NCBI GenBank assembly: GCA_016840425.1
Contig: JAEOSI010000042.1
Location: 1-12,529 of the forward strand
Direction of reading: 5' to 3'
Origin: Candidatus Wukongarchaeum yapensis
GTDB lineage: Archaea; Asgardarchaeota; Wukongarchaeia; Wukongarchaeales; Wukongarchaeaceae
Length of the DNA stretch: 12,529 nt
Of this stretch, positions 1 to 8,623 are shown piece by piece. The notes beneath the pieces were generated by a model, which was not told the origin of the DNA, made no database searches, and saw nothing but the letters and a program-made list of their open reading frames with translations. Position 1 is the first letter of the stretch. The number at the start of each line of letters is the position of its first letter. A program made the translations under genes and the position numbers.

Positions 1-69
1 TTGTTCTAGGCTGTTTTTAAGTTGGTGCGCCTCTTCCTCCTTTTCCTTCCCTTCTTTTTTTGGTTTCAT
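1..69 (-). CDS. 5' end of a hypothetical protein, truncated by the window edge (MKPKKEGKEKEEEAHQLKNSLEQ...)
   Basis: ATG at 69..67 opens the only minus-strand frame that stays open to position 1. The Lys/Glu-rich start resembles the N-termini of other genes here. Only 23 codons are visible, so no family can be assigned. Confidence 0.4.
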   Translation of the reverse strand, partial: MKPKKEGKEKEEEAHQLKNSLEQ

Positions 70-221
70 CCTTTATTGTTCTAGATTGTTGTTTTTTCCT
101 TTTCCTTCTCCATATCTGGGTAGGACGCTTTTAAAAACGAACTTTGGAGAATAAAAAATCGAGAATAATTTGATTTATTCAACCATTTCTCACTTGTGGT
201 TGGAAAAATTGGTGATGGAAT

Positions 222-878
222 ATGGTTGACAGAACTGGGTATAATTTTGCTGATTGGAGTTGCGAAGATGAAGAAACTTTTGTAAAAGCTTTGGAGAAAA
301 ACCCTGAAAACGCCATGATACACCACGACTACGGTTTATTCCTCACTATAACAAGTAATAGGTATGGTGAAGCAGAAAAACATTTCAAAAAAGCCTTAGA
401 AATAGAACCGATGAACGCAGAACTCCTATGGGCTTATGGATTTCTTTTTTCCAAGATGGGGCATGAGAGATATCCTGAAGCAGAAGAACATTTAAAGAAA
501 GCCTTAAAAATAAACCCTAAAGATGGACCTTCTTGGGAAATTCTTGGATGGCTTTACCTGTTGATGGAACATCTTGATGATGGTGTGGACTGCCTCATTA
601 CGGCTCTTAATTTCCGAAAACAGTTACCTGATAAGGGGGAAGACATACTTTCAGAACTACCAATTTTAGCTGAAAAATTAACAGACAAATTCCTTAGTTA
701 TATTTCAGTTTTCAGCTCGTATGAGGAGAAGTGTACTGCATGTTTTCGATTGACTATATTATACAAGATTTTGGGGGATGAAGAAAAGGCTGTGTATTGG
801 TATAGGGAAGGAGATAGGTACTGTAAAGATTTTCCCGAAATAAAACAAAAAATAGACAAAGTATGTAAAAACAAATAA
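222..878 (+). CDS. Tetratricopeptide repeat (TPR) protein, 218 aa
   Basis: About 3-4 TPR-like units: KALEKNPENAMIHHDYGLFL, YGEAEKHFKKALEIEPMNAELLWAYGFLF, YPEAEEHLKKALKINPKDGPSWEILGWLY. GGTGA RBS at 211-215, 6 nt before the ATG. Confidence 0.88.
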   Translation: MVDRTGYNFADWSCEDEETFVKALEKNPENAMIHHDYGLFLTITSNRYGEAEKHFKKALEIEPMNAELLWAYGFLFSKMGHERYPEAEEHLKKALKINPKDGPSWEILGWLYLLMEHLDDGVDCLITALNFRKQLPDKGEDILSELPILAEKLTDKFLSYISVFSSYEEKCTACFRLTILYKILGDEEKAVYWYREGDRYCKDFPEIKQKIDKVCKNK

Positions 879-932
879 TCTACAACAATATGATACAATG
901 ATAAAATGTATTCGAGAAAAGCTTAAGAAAAC

Positions 933-940
933 AAAAAAAA
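933..940 (-). terminator. Oligo(T) terminator candidate for the por cluster
   Basis: A8 on + is T8 on -, about 12 nt past the porB stop. Oligo-T termination is established in archaea. Confidence 0.5.
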
Positions 941-952
941 GAGGGGAGAAAT

Positions 953-1936
953 TTATTCTTCTTTTACACCACAAAGCCGTAGAAGTTGTTGCCACTTCCA
1001 ATCTACCCATTTCTGCGTATCATTAATGATATCGTCACGTCGTTTTGGTTTGAACAAATGCCGAAAACGTCCCTGAGTCTTTAGAAACTCCTCCACAGGA
1101 ACCTTATTCTCCTTCTTGATCATCTTTGTTAACCTATACTCACCACAGTCAACTTCGTACAAAGGATACATACACGTCTCCACAGCAAGCTCTGCGATCC
1201 TTATAGTAAGACTACTATCAGCACGCCAACCCAAAGGACAAGGAGAAAAAGCATGAATAAAGGAAGCGTCGTCGCTTGCTAAAGCCTTGCGTATTTTCTT
1301 AATGAAATCCTTAGGATAAGCAACGTTCACAGTAGCAACATATTGAACGTCGTGGGCTGCAGCAATCTTTACAATATCTTTAGGGAACTCAGGCTTACCT
1401 GGAATAACCTTCCCACCGGGACTAGTAGTCGTAGCGGCGCCATAAGGCGTAGCCCCGCTTCTCTGGATACCTGTGTTTTCGTACGCTGAGTTATCGTAGC
1501 AAACATAGGTCAAATTATGCCCTCTCTCAAGCGCCCCGCTTAAAGCCTGGACGCCGATGTCATAAGTTCCACCATCACCACTAAAAGCTATTACGTTCGT
1601 CTTTCTCTTCGGAATTTTATTTTTCCGCATAAGGGCCTTTAATCCCGCTTCGATTCCACTTGCTACTGCGGCTGCATTTTCAAAAGCGCAGTGTACCCAT
1701 GGTGTTTGCCATGCAGTGTAGGGGTAAATGGTTGTACTTACTTCAAGGCATCCTGTGGAGCTCACACAAATACTTGGGTCTTCCGTTGCCATCATTGTAA
1801 ATTTTACTACAAGGGGGGCTGCGCAGCCAGCGCATAAACGATGACCAGCAGCGAGAACCGGTCGTTCTTCAAAAGCCATTTCTCGCCATTTGATTGGTTT
1901 TTCTTTCTTTTTCTCGGTTATTGTTGTTTCTGTCAT
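953..1936 (-). CDS. porB: Pyruvate/2-oxoacid:ferredoxin oxidoreductase beta subunit (TPP-binding), 327 aa
   Basis: GHRLCAGC and GCLEV Fe-S ligand region, FENAAAVASG, TPP motif GDGGTYDIG...YDN, YENTGIQRSGATP, HAFSPCPLGW. GAGGTG RBS upstream of the ATG. Pyruvate versus ketoisovalerate specificity cannot be settled from motifs alone. Confidence 0.93.
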   Translation of the reverse strand: MTETTITEKKKEKPIKWREMAFEERPVLAAGHRLCAGCAAPLVVKFTMMATEDPSICVSSTGCLEVSTTIYPYTAWQTPWVHCAFENAAAVASGIEAGLKALMRKNKIPKRKTNVIAFSGDGGTYDIGVQALSGALERGHNLTYVCYDNSAYENTGIQRSGATPYGAATTTSPGGKVIPGKPEFPKDIVKIAAAHDVQYVATVNVAYPKDFIKKIRKALASDDASFIHAFSPCPLGWRADSSLTIRIAELAVETCMYPLYEVDCGEYRLTKMIKKENKVPVEEFLKTQGRFRHLFKPKRRDDIINDTQKWVDWKWQQLLRLCGVKEE

Positions 1937-1950
1937 TTAAAACACCTCTC

Positions 1951-3132
1951 TTAGAACTCTACTCCTCTGACACCGACCCAAGAAATCTTCGACGGTTCTT
2001 CACCAGTTTTTGCGGTTTCAAAGGCTCTGTCTGCGACTTTTGCGATATCTTCTATCCTGACATCTCTTCCTCCAAGGCCGGCAATAAAACCTTGAATAAT
2101 GGGTCCTCCATTTGATGTGGTGACTTTCACATCACTATATAAGATAGGTCCTGGTGCTCCGAAAGTTATTGATCGGTCGATGGTTGCCGCTACCTTGGCG
2201 CCTTTTAAAGCGTCTCTGAGTTCTTTTTCAGGAAAAGGTCTATAAACATGTACCTGTGCTAGTCCTAACTTCTTTCCTTGTCTTCTGTATCGATCAACCA
2301 CTGTTCTTGCCGTACCGGTTATAGCACCTTGCGTGACTAAGATAACGTCAGCATCTTCTGCATAATACGTGTTTATGACGTTATAATAACGCCCGGTAAG
2401 TTCTCCAAACTCTTCTTGAACTTTTTTAATGGTTTTCATCGAGTTTATCATTACTTGTTCCTGTGCATACTTTAGTTCATAATAACTGTCTTGTAAAGCC
2501 AATGAACCTACGCTTATTGGATCGTCGGGATCAAGAACATATAAAGGATCTCTTGGTGGTAGAAAATCTTCTACTTCCCTTTTTTCCAATGTTTCTACGC
2601 CTTCCAAAGCATGTGATATAATGAAAGCATCTATCCCGTACATTAATGGAAGGGAAACTTCTTTATCTTCTGCGATTTTAAAAGCCATTATGGTTGTGTC
2701 GTATGCAGACTGGCAATCATGGCAGAAAATGGAGATCCATCCAGTGTCTCTGCAGACTAGTTGGTCTTCTAAGCCTGCGTGTATATTAATCGGTGCGCTT
2801 AGCGCCCTGTTAGCCACTCCCATAACAACAGGTAATCGGGCATTTGAAACGATGAAAAGGATCTCAAACATTAAAGCTATTCCCTGAGATGCAGAAGCGG
2901 TAAAAACACGTGCACCGGCTATTGAAGAGCCGTAACAACAAGACATCGCTGAATGTTCTGACTCAACGGGAATAAACTCTGAATCAAGTTCTCCATCATA
3001 TACGAAATCAGCTAAACGCTCAACCATAATCGTTTGAGGCGTAATAGGATATGCTGCAATAACATCCGGGTCGCAAAGTTTAACAGCGTGTGCTATTGAT
3101 TCATCTCCTGTCATTCCAACAATTTCACCCAT
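1951..3132 (-). CDS. porA: Pyruvate/2-oxoacid:ferredoxin oxidoreductase alpha subunit, about 393 aa
   Basis: AYPITPQT, VESEHSAMS, TASASQG, NRALSAPINIH, RPFP, GLGGRD. Start placed at ATG 3132 (MGEIVGMTGDE), preceded by GGAGTG; the ORF track extends to an upstream TTG at 3150. Confidence 0.93.
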   Translation of the reverse strand: MGEIVGMTGDESIAHAVKLCDPDVIAAYPITPQTIMVERLADFVYDGELDSEFIPVESEHSAMSCCYGSSIAGARVFTASASQGIALMFEILFIVSNARLPVVMGVANRALSAPINIHAGLEDQLVCRDTGWISIFCHDCQSAYDTTIMAFKIAEDKEVSLPLMYGIDAFIISHALEGVETLEKREVEDFLPPRDPLYVLDPDDPISVGSLALQDSYYELKYAQEQVMINSMKTIKKVQEEFGELTGRYYNVINTYYAEDADVILVTQGAITGTARTVVDRYRRQGKKLGLAQVHVYRPFPEKELRDALKGAKVAATIDRSITFGAPGPILYSDVKVTTSNGGPIIQGFIAGLGGRDVRIEDIAKVADRAFETAKTGEEPSKISWVGVRGVEF

Positions 3133-3192
3133 ACCGACCCACTCCAACAATCTTCACGATTACGAATAAAACATGGCTTGTTTTTTTCCCTT

Positions 3193-3777
3193 TTAGGAAA
3201 TAACTACTTCATTATAGGCGCGCCTAATTGCTTCAGCGTTCTTTTCCCCGATTTCTCCTGGAAAACGCTTCTTTGTAACCTTAATTATGTTTTCAAGATC
3301 TACGACTTCTGCCGCTTTTATCAAAGCCCCTAGTATGACAGTATTAGTGATGGCGCGTCCAATAACATCGATAGCTATTGAAGTTGCATCCACGACGCCA
3401 ACTTTTATATTAGGATTCAATTTTAATTCCTTTCTAAGTTCTTCTGGTGATTCCTTATAGTTCGATATCAAAACGCCCTTCTCTTCATCTAATCCTGAAA
3501 CAATGGCCTGTCCAAGAATGCCGTAGAGCGTTGGATCAAGGACGCAGACTATGTCCGGATAAACTACTTCACATTTTTCGTAAAAACGGTTGTTGCTTAT
3601 TCTTGTAAAAGCCTGTACCGGTGCTCCTATCCTTTCAGGTCCAAAGGCCGGAAAAGCATGTACATATTTGCCCTGTAGTAGGCCTGCCTCTCCGATTAAC
3701 CGGGAAGCTGTAACCACTCCTTGACCTCCTCGCCCGTAAAACCTGATGTCTATTACGTCTGTTTGAGTTTCACTCAT
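3193..3777 (-). CDS. porC: Pyruvate/2-oxoacid:ferredoxin oxidoreductase gamma subunit, 194 aa
   Basis: IRFYGRGGQGVVTAS, FPAFGPERIGAPV.AFTRIS, PDIVCVLDPTL, NTVILGAL, KNAEAIRRAYNEV. No ferredoxin domain is fused. Confidence 0.93.
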   Translation of the reverse strand: MSETQTDVIDIRFYGRGGQGVVTASRLIGEAGLLQGKYVHAFPAFGPERIGAPVQAFTRISNNRFYEKCEVVYPDIVCVLDPTLYGILGQAIVSGLDEEKGVLISNYKESPEELRKELKLNPNIKVGVVDATSIAIDVIGRAITNTVILGALIKAAEVVDLENIIKVTKKRFPGEIGEKNAEAIRRAYNEVVIS

Positions 3778-3845
3778 GGTTAGCCCGCCTAAACATTTTT
3801 TGAGGAGGTTATGATAAGCTGGTAGATATAGCTTTCTTAAAGCTT

Positions 3846-3860
3846 TTTTATATAGCTTTC
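3846..3860 (-). promoter_or_regulatory. BRE/TATA promoter candidate for the por cluster
   Basis: The minus strand reads GAAAGC-TATATAAA, a purine-rich BRE-like element followed by a TATA box, about 70 nt upstream of the porC ATG. Confidence 0.55.
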
Positions 3861-3985
3861 CCTTTCTTAAAACATTTAAAATAGTAAATGTAAACTTTAA
3901 TTACGATTTTGACCTAAATATTTTTCATCTTTTAATAATTCATCCCTCCTAGCTTCGGCTTAAAATTTATCTTCGGTGAAAAGTT

Positions 3986-6643
3986 TTGACTATCGCTTTT
4001 GCAGTTTACGGAAAAAAAGAAGAGGAGATTTTCTCAAAATTTAAACCCTACGTCTTTCAGTGGTTTCAGCAGTCATTCTCCTCTATGACGCCGCCTCAAA
4101 GCCTAGCTTTGCCTGAGATTCTTAACGGTAAAAATGTGCTGATTAGTGCGCCGACTGGCAGCGGCAAAACATTGGCCGCTTTTTTAACGCTTCTAAATTT
4201 TTTATTTGATTTAGGGGAAAAAGGAGAGTTAAATAATGAGATCTATGTTGTATATGTTTCCCCGTTAAGGGCGTTAAATAATGATATCAAGCGAAACTTG
4301 ATGGAACCACTAAAAGGCATACGTAAAATTACCGAAGAAAAGGGAATAGAATTACCGGAAGTCAGGGTAGCTGTTAGGACGGGTGATACTCCCCAATCTG
4401 AACGATCAAAAATGCTAAGAAAAACGCCGCACATACTTATAACGACGCCTGAAACCATTGCAATTGTTTTATCCGCTCCGAAATTCCGCGAGAAGTTAAA
4501 ATCGGTAAGATTTGTGGTTGTGGATGAGATCCATGAACTTGCAGACTCCAAACGAGGTGTACACCTCTCGCTTAGTCTTGAAAGACTCCAAGACTTAGTC
4601 GGAGACCATCAAATAGTGAGAATCGGATGCAGCGCTACTCAAGCACCGTTAGAAGAGATTTCAAAATTTTTAGTAGGTTTCGAAACAGAAGAAAAACCCA
4701 GAGATTGCGTGATTGTTGACGCGTCCATGATAAAACAGACAAAAATAGCCGTTCAAACACCTGTAAAAGATCTCATTTACACCCCGGAAGAAAGCTTGAG
4801 CCATGCCTTATACGTGAACCTCGACGAACTTATAACTGATCATGTTACAACATTGGTTTTTACAAACACACGGAGCGGAACAGAGCGAGTAGTATTTCAT
4901 TTACAAGACATATTTGGAGAGAAATATGTTGATAACATTGGTGCCCACCACTCTTCCTTATCTAGGAAACATCGCTTAGACATCGAAGGAAGACTGAAAA
5001 AGGGAGAGCTTAAAGCAGTTGTCTGTAGCACCAGTCTAGAACTGGGTATAGACATCGGTTATATCGACCTCGTTGTTCAATTAGGGAGCCCGAAAAGCGT
5101 TTCAAGATGTTTGCAGAGGGTTGGCAGGTCAGGTCATAAGCTTCATGAAATCTCAGAAGGCGTAATAACAGTGCTTGATAGGGATGATTTAGTCGAATGT
5201 ACAGTACTTGGGAAAGCAGCTTTAGAAGGGAAAATAGACCGAGTTCAGATACCGAAAAACTGTTTAGACGTTCTTGCCCAGCAACTTCTTGGAATGGCAA
5301 TAGACCGTAGGTGGGAGGTAAAAGAAGCCTTTGAACTAGTCCGACGATCGTATTGTTATAAAGACCTTGATTTTGAGGATTTTATCAATGTTTTAGAATA
5401 CTTAGCTGGAGAGTATGTGGAGCTTGAAAGTCGAAGGGTTTATGCTAAGATATGGCTTGATAGAGTTGACGAAAGATTTGGTAAGAGAGGGAGACTGACA
5501 AGGGTAATATATTATACGAATGTTGGCACGATTCCTCAGGAAACTCAGGTTGATATTTTTGTTAGACATGGAAAGAAAAAGAGTTGGGTTGGGTCGATAG
5601 ATGAAGGGTTTCTTGAGAGGCTTTCTCCCGGGGATATTTTTGTGCTGGGGGGTAAGACTTGGAAGTTTAAGTATGCGAGGGGTTTAAAAGCGTATGTTAG
5701 CCCTGCTCCTGAACGTCGCCCCAGTATTCCTAGTTGGGTTTCAGAAATGTTGCCTTTGAGTTTTGATTCTGCTTTGGAAGTTGGGCGTTTCAGGAAAAAA
5801 GTTTCTCAAAAAATTCTCAGAGGAGAAAAAAAGGAAAAGATTGTAGAATGGATAAGCGGAGAATTTCCTGTAAGTCTTATAGAAGCAACAAACATTGTTA
5901 ACTATTTTATTGAACAGTTGAAGTTTACAGGAGGGATCATGGCAGATAATGAGACGCTCGTAGTTGAAACCGTTGTTGATGACATGGGCAGGCAAAACAT
6001 AATCTTTCATTCCCTCTTTGGGAGACGCATAAATGACGCTCTTTCAAGGGCTTACGGTTACTTCTTGTCAAAAATAGTCAGAGGAAACGTGAGTATAGCC
6101 ATAAACGACAACGGCTTCTCATTAACCATACCAAAAGGTCTCAAAGTATTAAACGTAGAAGACTTTGTTCGAAAAATAACTAAGGACAACTTAGAAAATC
6201 TATTAAAAGAATCTTTAGAAAAAACAGAGCTCTTCAAGAGAAGGTTCCGTCACTGTGCAACAAGAGCATTAATGATCCTAAAACAGTATAAAGGTCATAA
6301 AATCTCTATAGGAAGACAAACTATGAACGCGCACTTTCTAATAGCTGCAATAAAACAGATTAGTGAAAACTTCCCCATTCTTAAGGAAACTTTCAGGGAA
6401 ATTGTTGAGGATCATATGGATATAATCAACGCTAAAAAAGTCCTAGATTGGATGGAGGAGGGAAAATTAAACGTGGTGGTTTTCGAAGGAAGTGACATAC
6501 CAAGTCCTTTTGCCCATAATTTATTCGCAATAGGGCAAAGTGATGTAATCCTCATGGCGGACAGAAAAGAGCTCCTTGAAAGACTTCATAAACAAGTACT
6601 CGAAAAAATAAAAGCGCAAACGCAAGAATTAACTAATATATAG
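3986..6643 (+). CDS. lhr: Lhr-family SF2 ATP-dependent helicase (archaeal Lhr-core, aLhr2-like), 885 aa
   Basis: Q motif TPPQ, Walker A APTGSGKT, SPLRALNND, RTGDT, ITTPET, Walker B DEIH, SAT, FTNTR, HHSSL, STSLELGIDIG, QRVGRSGH. Lhr-typical DVLAQQLLG, GTIP and C-terminal PSPFAHNL. TTG start supported by GGTGA at 3975-3979. Confidence 0.95.
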   Translation: MTIAFAVYGKKEEEIFSKFKPYVFQWFQQSFSSMTPPQSLALPEILNGKNVLISAPTGSGKTLAAFLTLLNFLFDLGEKGELNNEIYVVYVSPLRALNNDIKRNLMEPLKGIRKITEEKGIELPEVRVAVRTGDTPQSERSKMLRKTPHILITTPETIAIVLSAPKFREKLKSVRFVVVDEIHELADSKRGVHLSLSLERLQDLVGDHQIVRIGCSATQAPLEEISKFLVGFETEEKPRDCVIVDASMIKQTKIAVQTPVKDLIYTPEESLSHALYVNLDELITDHVTTLVFTNTRSGTERVVFHLQDIFGEKYVDNIGAHHSSLSRKHRLDIEGRLKKGELKAVVCSTSLELGIDIGYIDLVVQLGSPKSVSRCLQRVGRSGHKLHEISEGVITVLDRDDLVECTVLGKAALEGKIDRVQIPKNCLDVLAQQLLGMAIDRRWEVKEAFELVRRSYCYKDLDFEDFINVLEYLAGEYVELESRRVYAKIWLDRVDERFGKRGRLTRVIYYTNVGTIPQETQVDIFVRHGKKKSWVGSIDEGFLERLSPGDIFVLGGKTWKFKYARGLKAYVSPAPERRPSIPSWVSEMLPLSFDSALEVGRFRKKVSQKILRGEKKEKIVEWISGEFPVSLIEATNIVNYFIEQLKFTGGIMADNETLVVETVVDDMGRQNIIFHSLFGRRINDALSRAYGYFLSKIVRGNVSIAINDNGFSLTIPKGLKVLNVEDFVRKITKDNLENLLKESLEKTELFKRRFRHCATRALMILKQYKGHKISIGRQTMNAHFLIAAIKQISENFPILKETFREIVEDHMDIINAKKVLDWMEEGKLNVVVFEGSDIPSPFAHNLFAIGQSDVILMADRKELLERLHKQVLEKIKAQTQELTNI

Positions 6644-6660
6644 CTCACAGTTTGATTTCC

Positions 6661-6678
6661 TTTCTTTTTTTTAAAAAA
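6661..6678. terminator. Bidirectional oligo(T) terminator candidate between lhr and the metallophosphoesterase
   Basis: TTTC-T8-A6 in the 62-bp gap between two convergent stop codons provides a T tract on each strand. Confidence 0.55.
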
Positions 6679-6705
6679 GATAAAAGGCTCTAATAGTCTT
6701 TTATT

Positions 6706-7482
6706 TTAATATTGGAGTATTTTTTGCCACTTTTTTAGCTTTGGAAACCGAAATGCGCCTGCTTCTATGTCAAGGGCTATAGCTTCAAGGTTGCCTATAT
6801 CTACAATTTTTTTATCGCGTAATATCGGGGATAAAAACTCACTCTGAGGTTGCATATTTACCTCTACGCCTAAAACAATTGGGGATAAAGCAGGTTGAAC
6901 CACTATTTTCTTCCCCACCTTAGTCTCGCCAAAAAGTACTGCAGGAACTTTTATCTTCACATAAACATCATCTTTTAACCCTAAAGCAGGATGCTCATGA
7001 GCAATTACTATGCATTCTACTTTTGTTGAAAAAAGATCCAAAGAAAGTTCGTGTCCGTGGGCAAATCCATATTTGCCAATCGTTAAATAGGACGATATGA
7101 ACTCTACATTTTCAAATTTCCGAATGATATTAATAAGATAATTATCATGGTTACCTCGCACAATGATGATCTTTTTAAACCGTGTTAAAAGTTCTTTTAG
7201 AAGGGTTTCTATTTCTTTTCTTTCTTGGAAAGAGAAGCGCCCAAATTCATGTTTTAAATCACCGTTTATAATTAGAATATCGGTGTTCGTTTTTTCAAAC
7301 CCTTCCACCAAAAGTTTCATAATAATGTTGAATTGGCTTTTAGGGTAAAAAATTCCTTTATTAGCTAAAGCCTCTTCATATCCTAAATGTAGGTCTGCTA
7401 CGGTTATCGCGTTTATACTTGGTATGTAAAGTATCGGAAGCCCGTTAATAGTTTTAATGTCAAGGGTTTCAAATAACTTCAA
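6706..7482 (-). CDS. Calcineurin-like metallophosphoesterase of the Lhr-associated type, 258 aa
   Basis: All five metal-binding motifs are present: ADLHLG, NGDLKH, RGNHD, HGH, AHEHP. TTG start with GGGGA upstream. Adjacent to lhr. Confidence 0.9.
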   Translation of the reverse strand: MKLFETLDIKTINGLPILYIPSINAITVADLHLGYEEALANKGIFYPKSQFNIIMKLLVEGFEKTNTDILIINGDLKHEFGRFSFQERKEIETLLKELLTRFKKIIIVRGNHDNYLINIIRKFENVEFISSYLTIGKYGFAHGHELSLDLFSTKVECIVIAHEHPALGLKDDVYVKIKVPAVLFGETKVGKKIVVQPALSPIVLGVEVNMQPQSEFLSPILRDKKIVDIGNLEAIALDIEAGAFRFPKLKKWQKILQY

Positions 7483-7552
7483 AAGTGTATATCCCCTTAC
7501 CCCAAAATATGCCTTATTTTATTAAAAATTGACGTTATTTGATTTTATTTTT

Positions 7553-8554
7553 TTATTTCGATGGTTTTTCTGCAAGTATCACAAAATTTTCTAAAATGGT
7601 AAGATTTTCAAAACCAACCTTTTCTAGTTGTTGTAAAAGACTTTCTTGAGAAGGAAAACCTCGAAAATCTTGTTTTACTAAGAGAAGTACTTCATAGGAA
7701 AATGGTTCGTGAGGCTGTAGTCTTAAAGGCTGTATCGCTATAAATTTTCCCTCCTCCTCAAGGGCTCCAAAACAAAGTTTTAGGAGATTTTCATAATTTT
7801 TCGGATCTGTGCGCTGAAAAAGCTCTAAACCAAATATTAGACCCGCTTTTGTTTCCGGTAACTCTTCCCAAGGATTTGTTTCAATAAACTCCATCTTTAT
7901 TTCATCTGTTATTCCTAGGTTTGAAAGATTTTCTTTCGCAACAGCTAAAATTTGAGCATCAGGCTCAACGAAAAAAATTTGATCAATTTCTGGAAAAACT
8001 TTTTCCATGGTTATACTGCTCCAACCAGTATACCCAAATAGATCGAATATCTTCTTGCTAGGTATTTCGTGGGCCTTTTCTAAAGCAGAACTTATTAAGG
8101 ACGTGTAAAAGTGGCTTGAGTATATGGCATCCATAATCGCAAGAAATCCCTCCTCATGTCGTATCCTTTCCCCTCTTAAAGCCTTTGGTAAAAATTCCGC
8201 ATATTCTGATAATTTTGATGCAAAAGGCGTGCTTTTTTCTGAAAATAGTCGCTCAAAAGCAGAAATTTTTAGATTGTGACCTTTCCATGCAAATTTGTGA
8301 GATTCTGGTTCCTCAAGCACTCCCAAAATAGCCAAAGTGCGAAGGTAATAGTCAAGTATTCCTAAATCACTATATCCCTTCTCCTTGGCTATTTCAGCCA
8401 CCTTACACGGATCTTTCAAAATAATGTTAAGATCTTCCTTGACCGCAATTTGCGCCAAAGAACGTGTTAAAAAATGCTGAAGACCTTTAAACAGATCTTT
8501 AACCTCTGCGGGGAGAGATCCCCACTTAATCTTCGACTTTACTTTTTTAAACAT
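7553..8554 (-). CDS. Class I SAM-dependent methyltransferase-fold protein with an N-terminal helix/wHTH domain (O-methyltransferase-like layout), substrate unknown
   Basis: N-terminal pattern LKDP.KVAEIAKEKG...LDYYLRTLAILGVL; motif-I-like FDLFGYTG; VEPDAQILAVAKENL; C-terminal LLKLCFGALEEEGKFIAIQ and LLQQLEKVGFEN. Start is ATG 8554 or TTG 8569. Confidence 0.65.
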   Translation of the reverse strand: MFKKVKSKIKWGSLPAEVKDLFKGLQHFLTRSLAQIAVKEDLNIILKDPCKVAEIAKEKGYSDLGILDYYLRTLAILGVLEEPESHKFAWKGHNLKISAFERLFSEKSTPFASKLSEYAEFLPKALRGERIRHEEGFLAIMDAIYSSHFYTSLISSALEKAHEIPSKKIFDLFGYTGWSSITMEKVFPEIDQIFFVEPDAQILAVAKENLSNLGITDEIKMEFIETNPWEELPETKAGLIFGLELFQRTDPKNYENLLKLCFGALEEEGKFIAIQPLRLQPHEPFSYEVLLLVKQDFRGFPSQESLLQQLEKVGFENLTILENFVILAEKPSK

Positions 8555-8623
8555 GGCAGTTCCATCCAAAACCTCGAATATAGCACTTTAAACCCCTTTA
8601 TTATTCTATCAAAGGTATTCTGA

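Noticed and set aside
81-1010. Minus-strand ORFs 81..326, 698..898 and 759..1010
   Set aside because: Antisense or alternate-frame shadows of the TPR and porB genes, with Phe/Ile/Ser-rich composition and no motifs.
3133-3192. Possible porD remnant, including a 4-codon ORF (ATG TTT TAT TCG TAA, 3174..3160)
   Set aside because: No cysteine pattern or porD-like residues; too short to support a pseudogene call.
1894-6010. ORFs 1894..2115 (+), 2621..2887 (+), 4243..4551 (-), 5010..5300 (-) and 5741..6010 (-)
   Set aside because: Overlap porA/porB or lhr on the opposite strand; no recognisable domains.
3986-6643. Intein or long C-terminal extension in Lhr
   Set aside because: All helicase motifs are at normal spacing, and 885 aa fits an Lhr-core protein.
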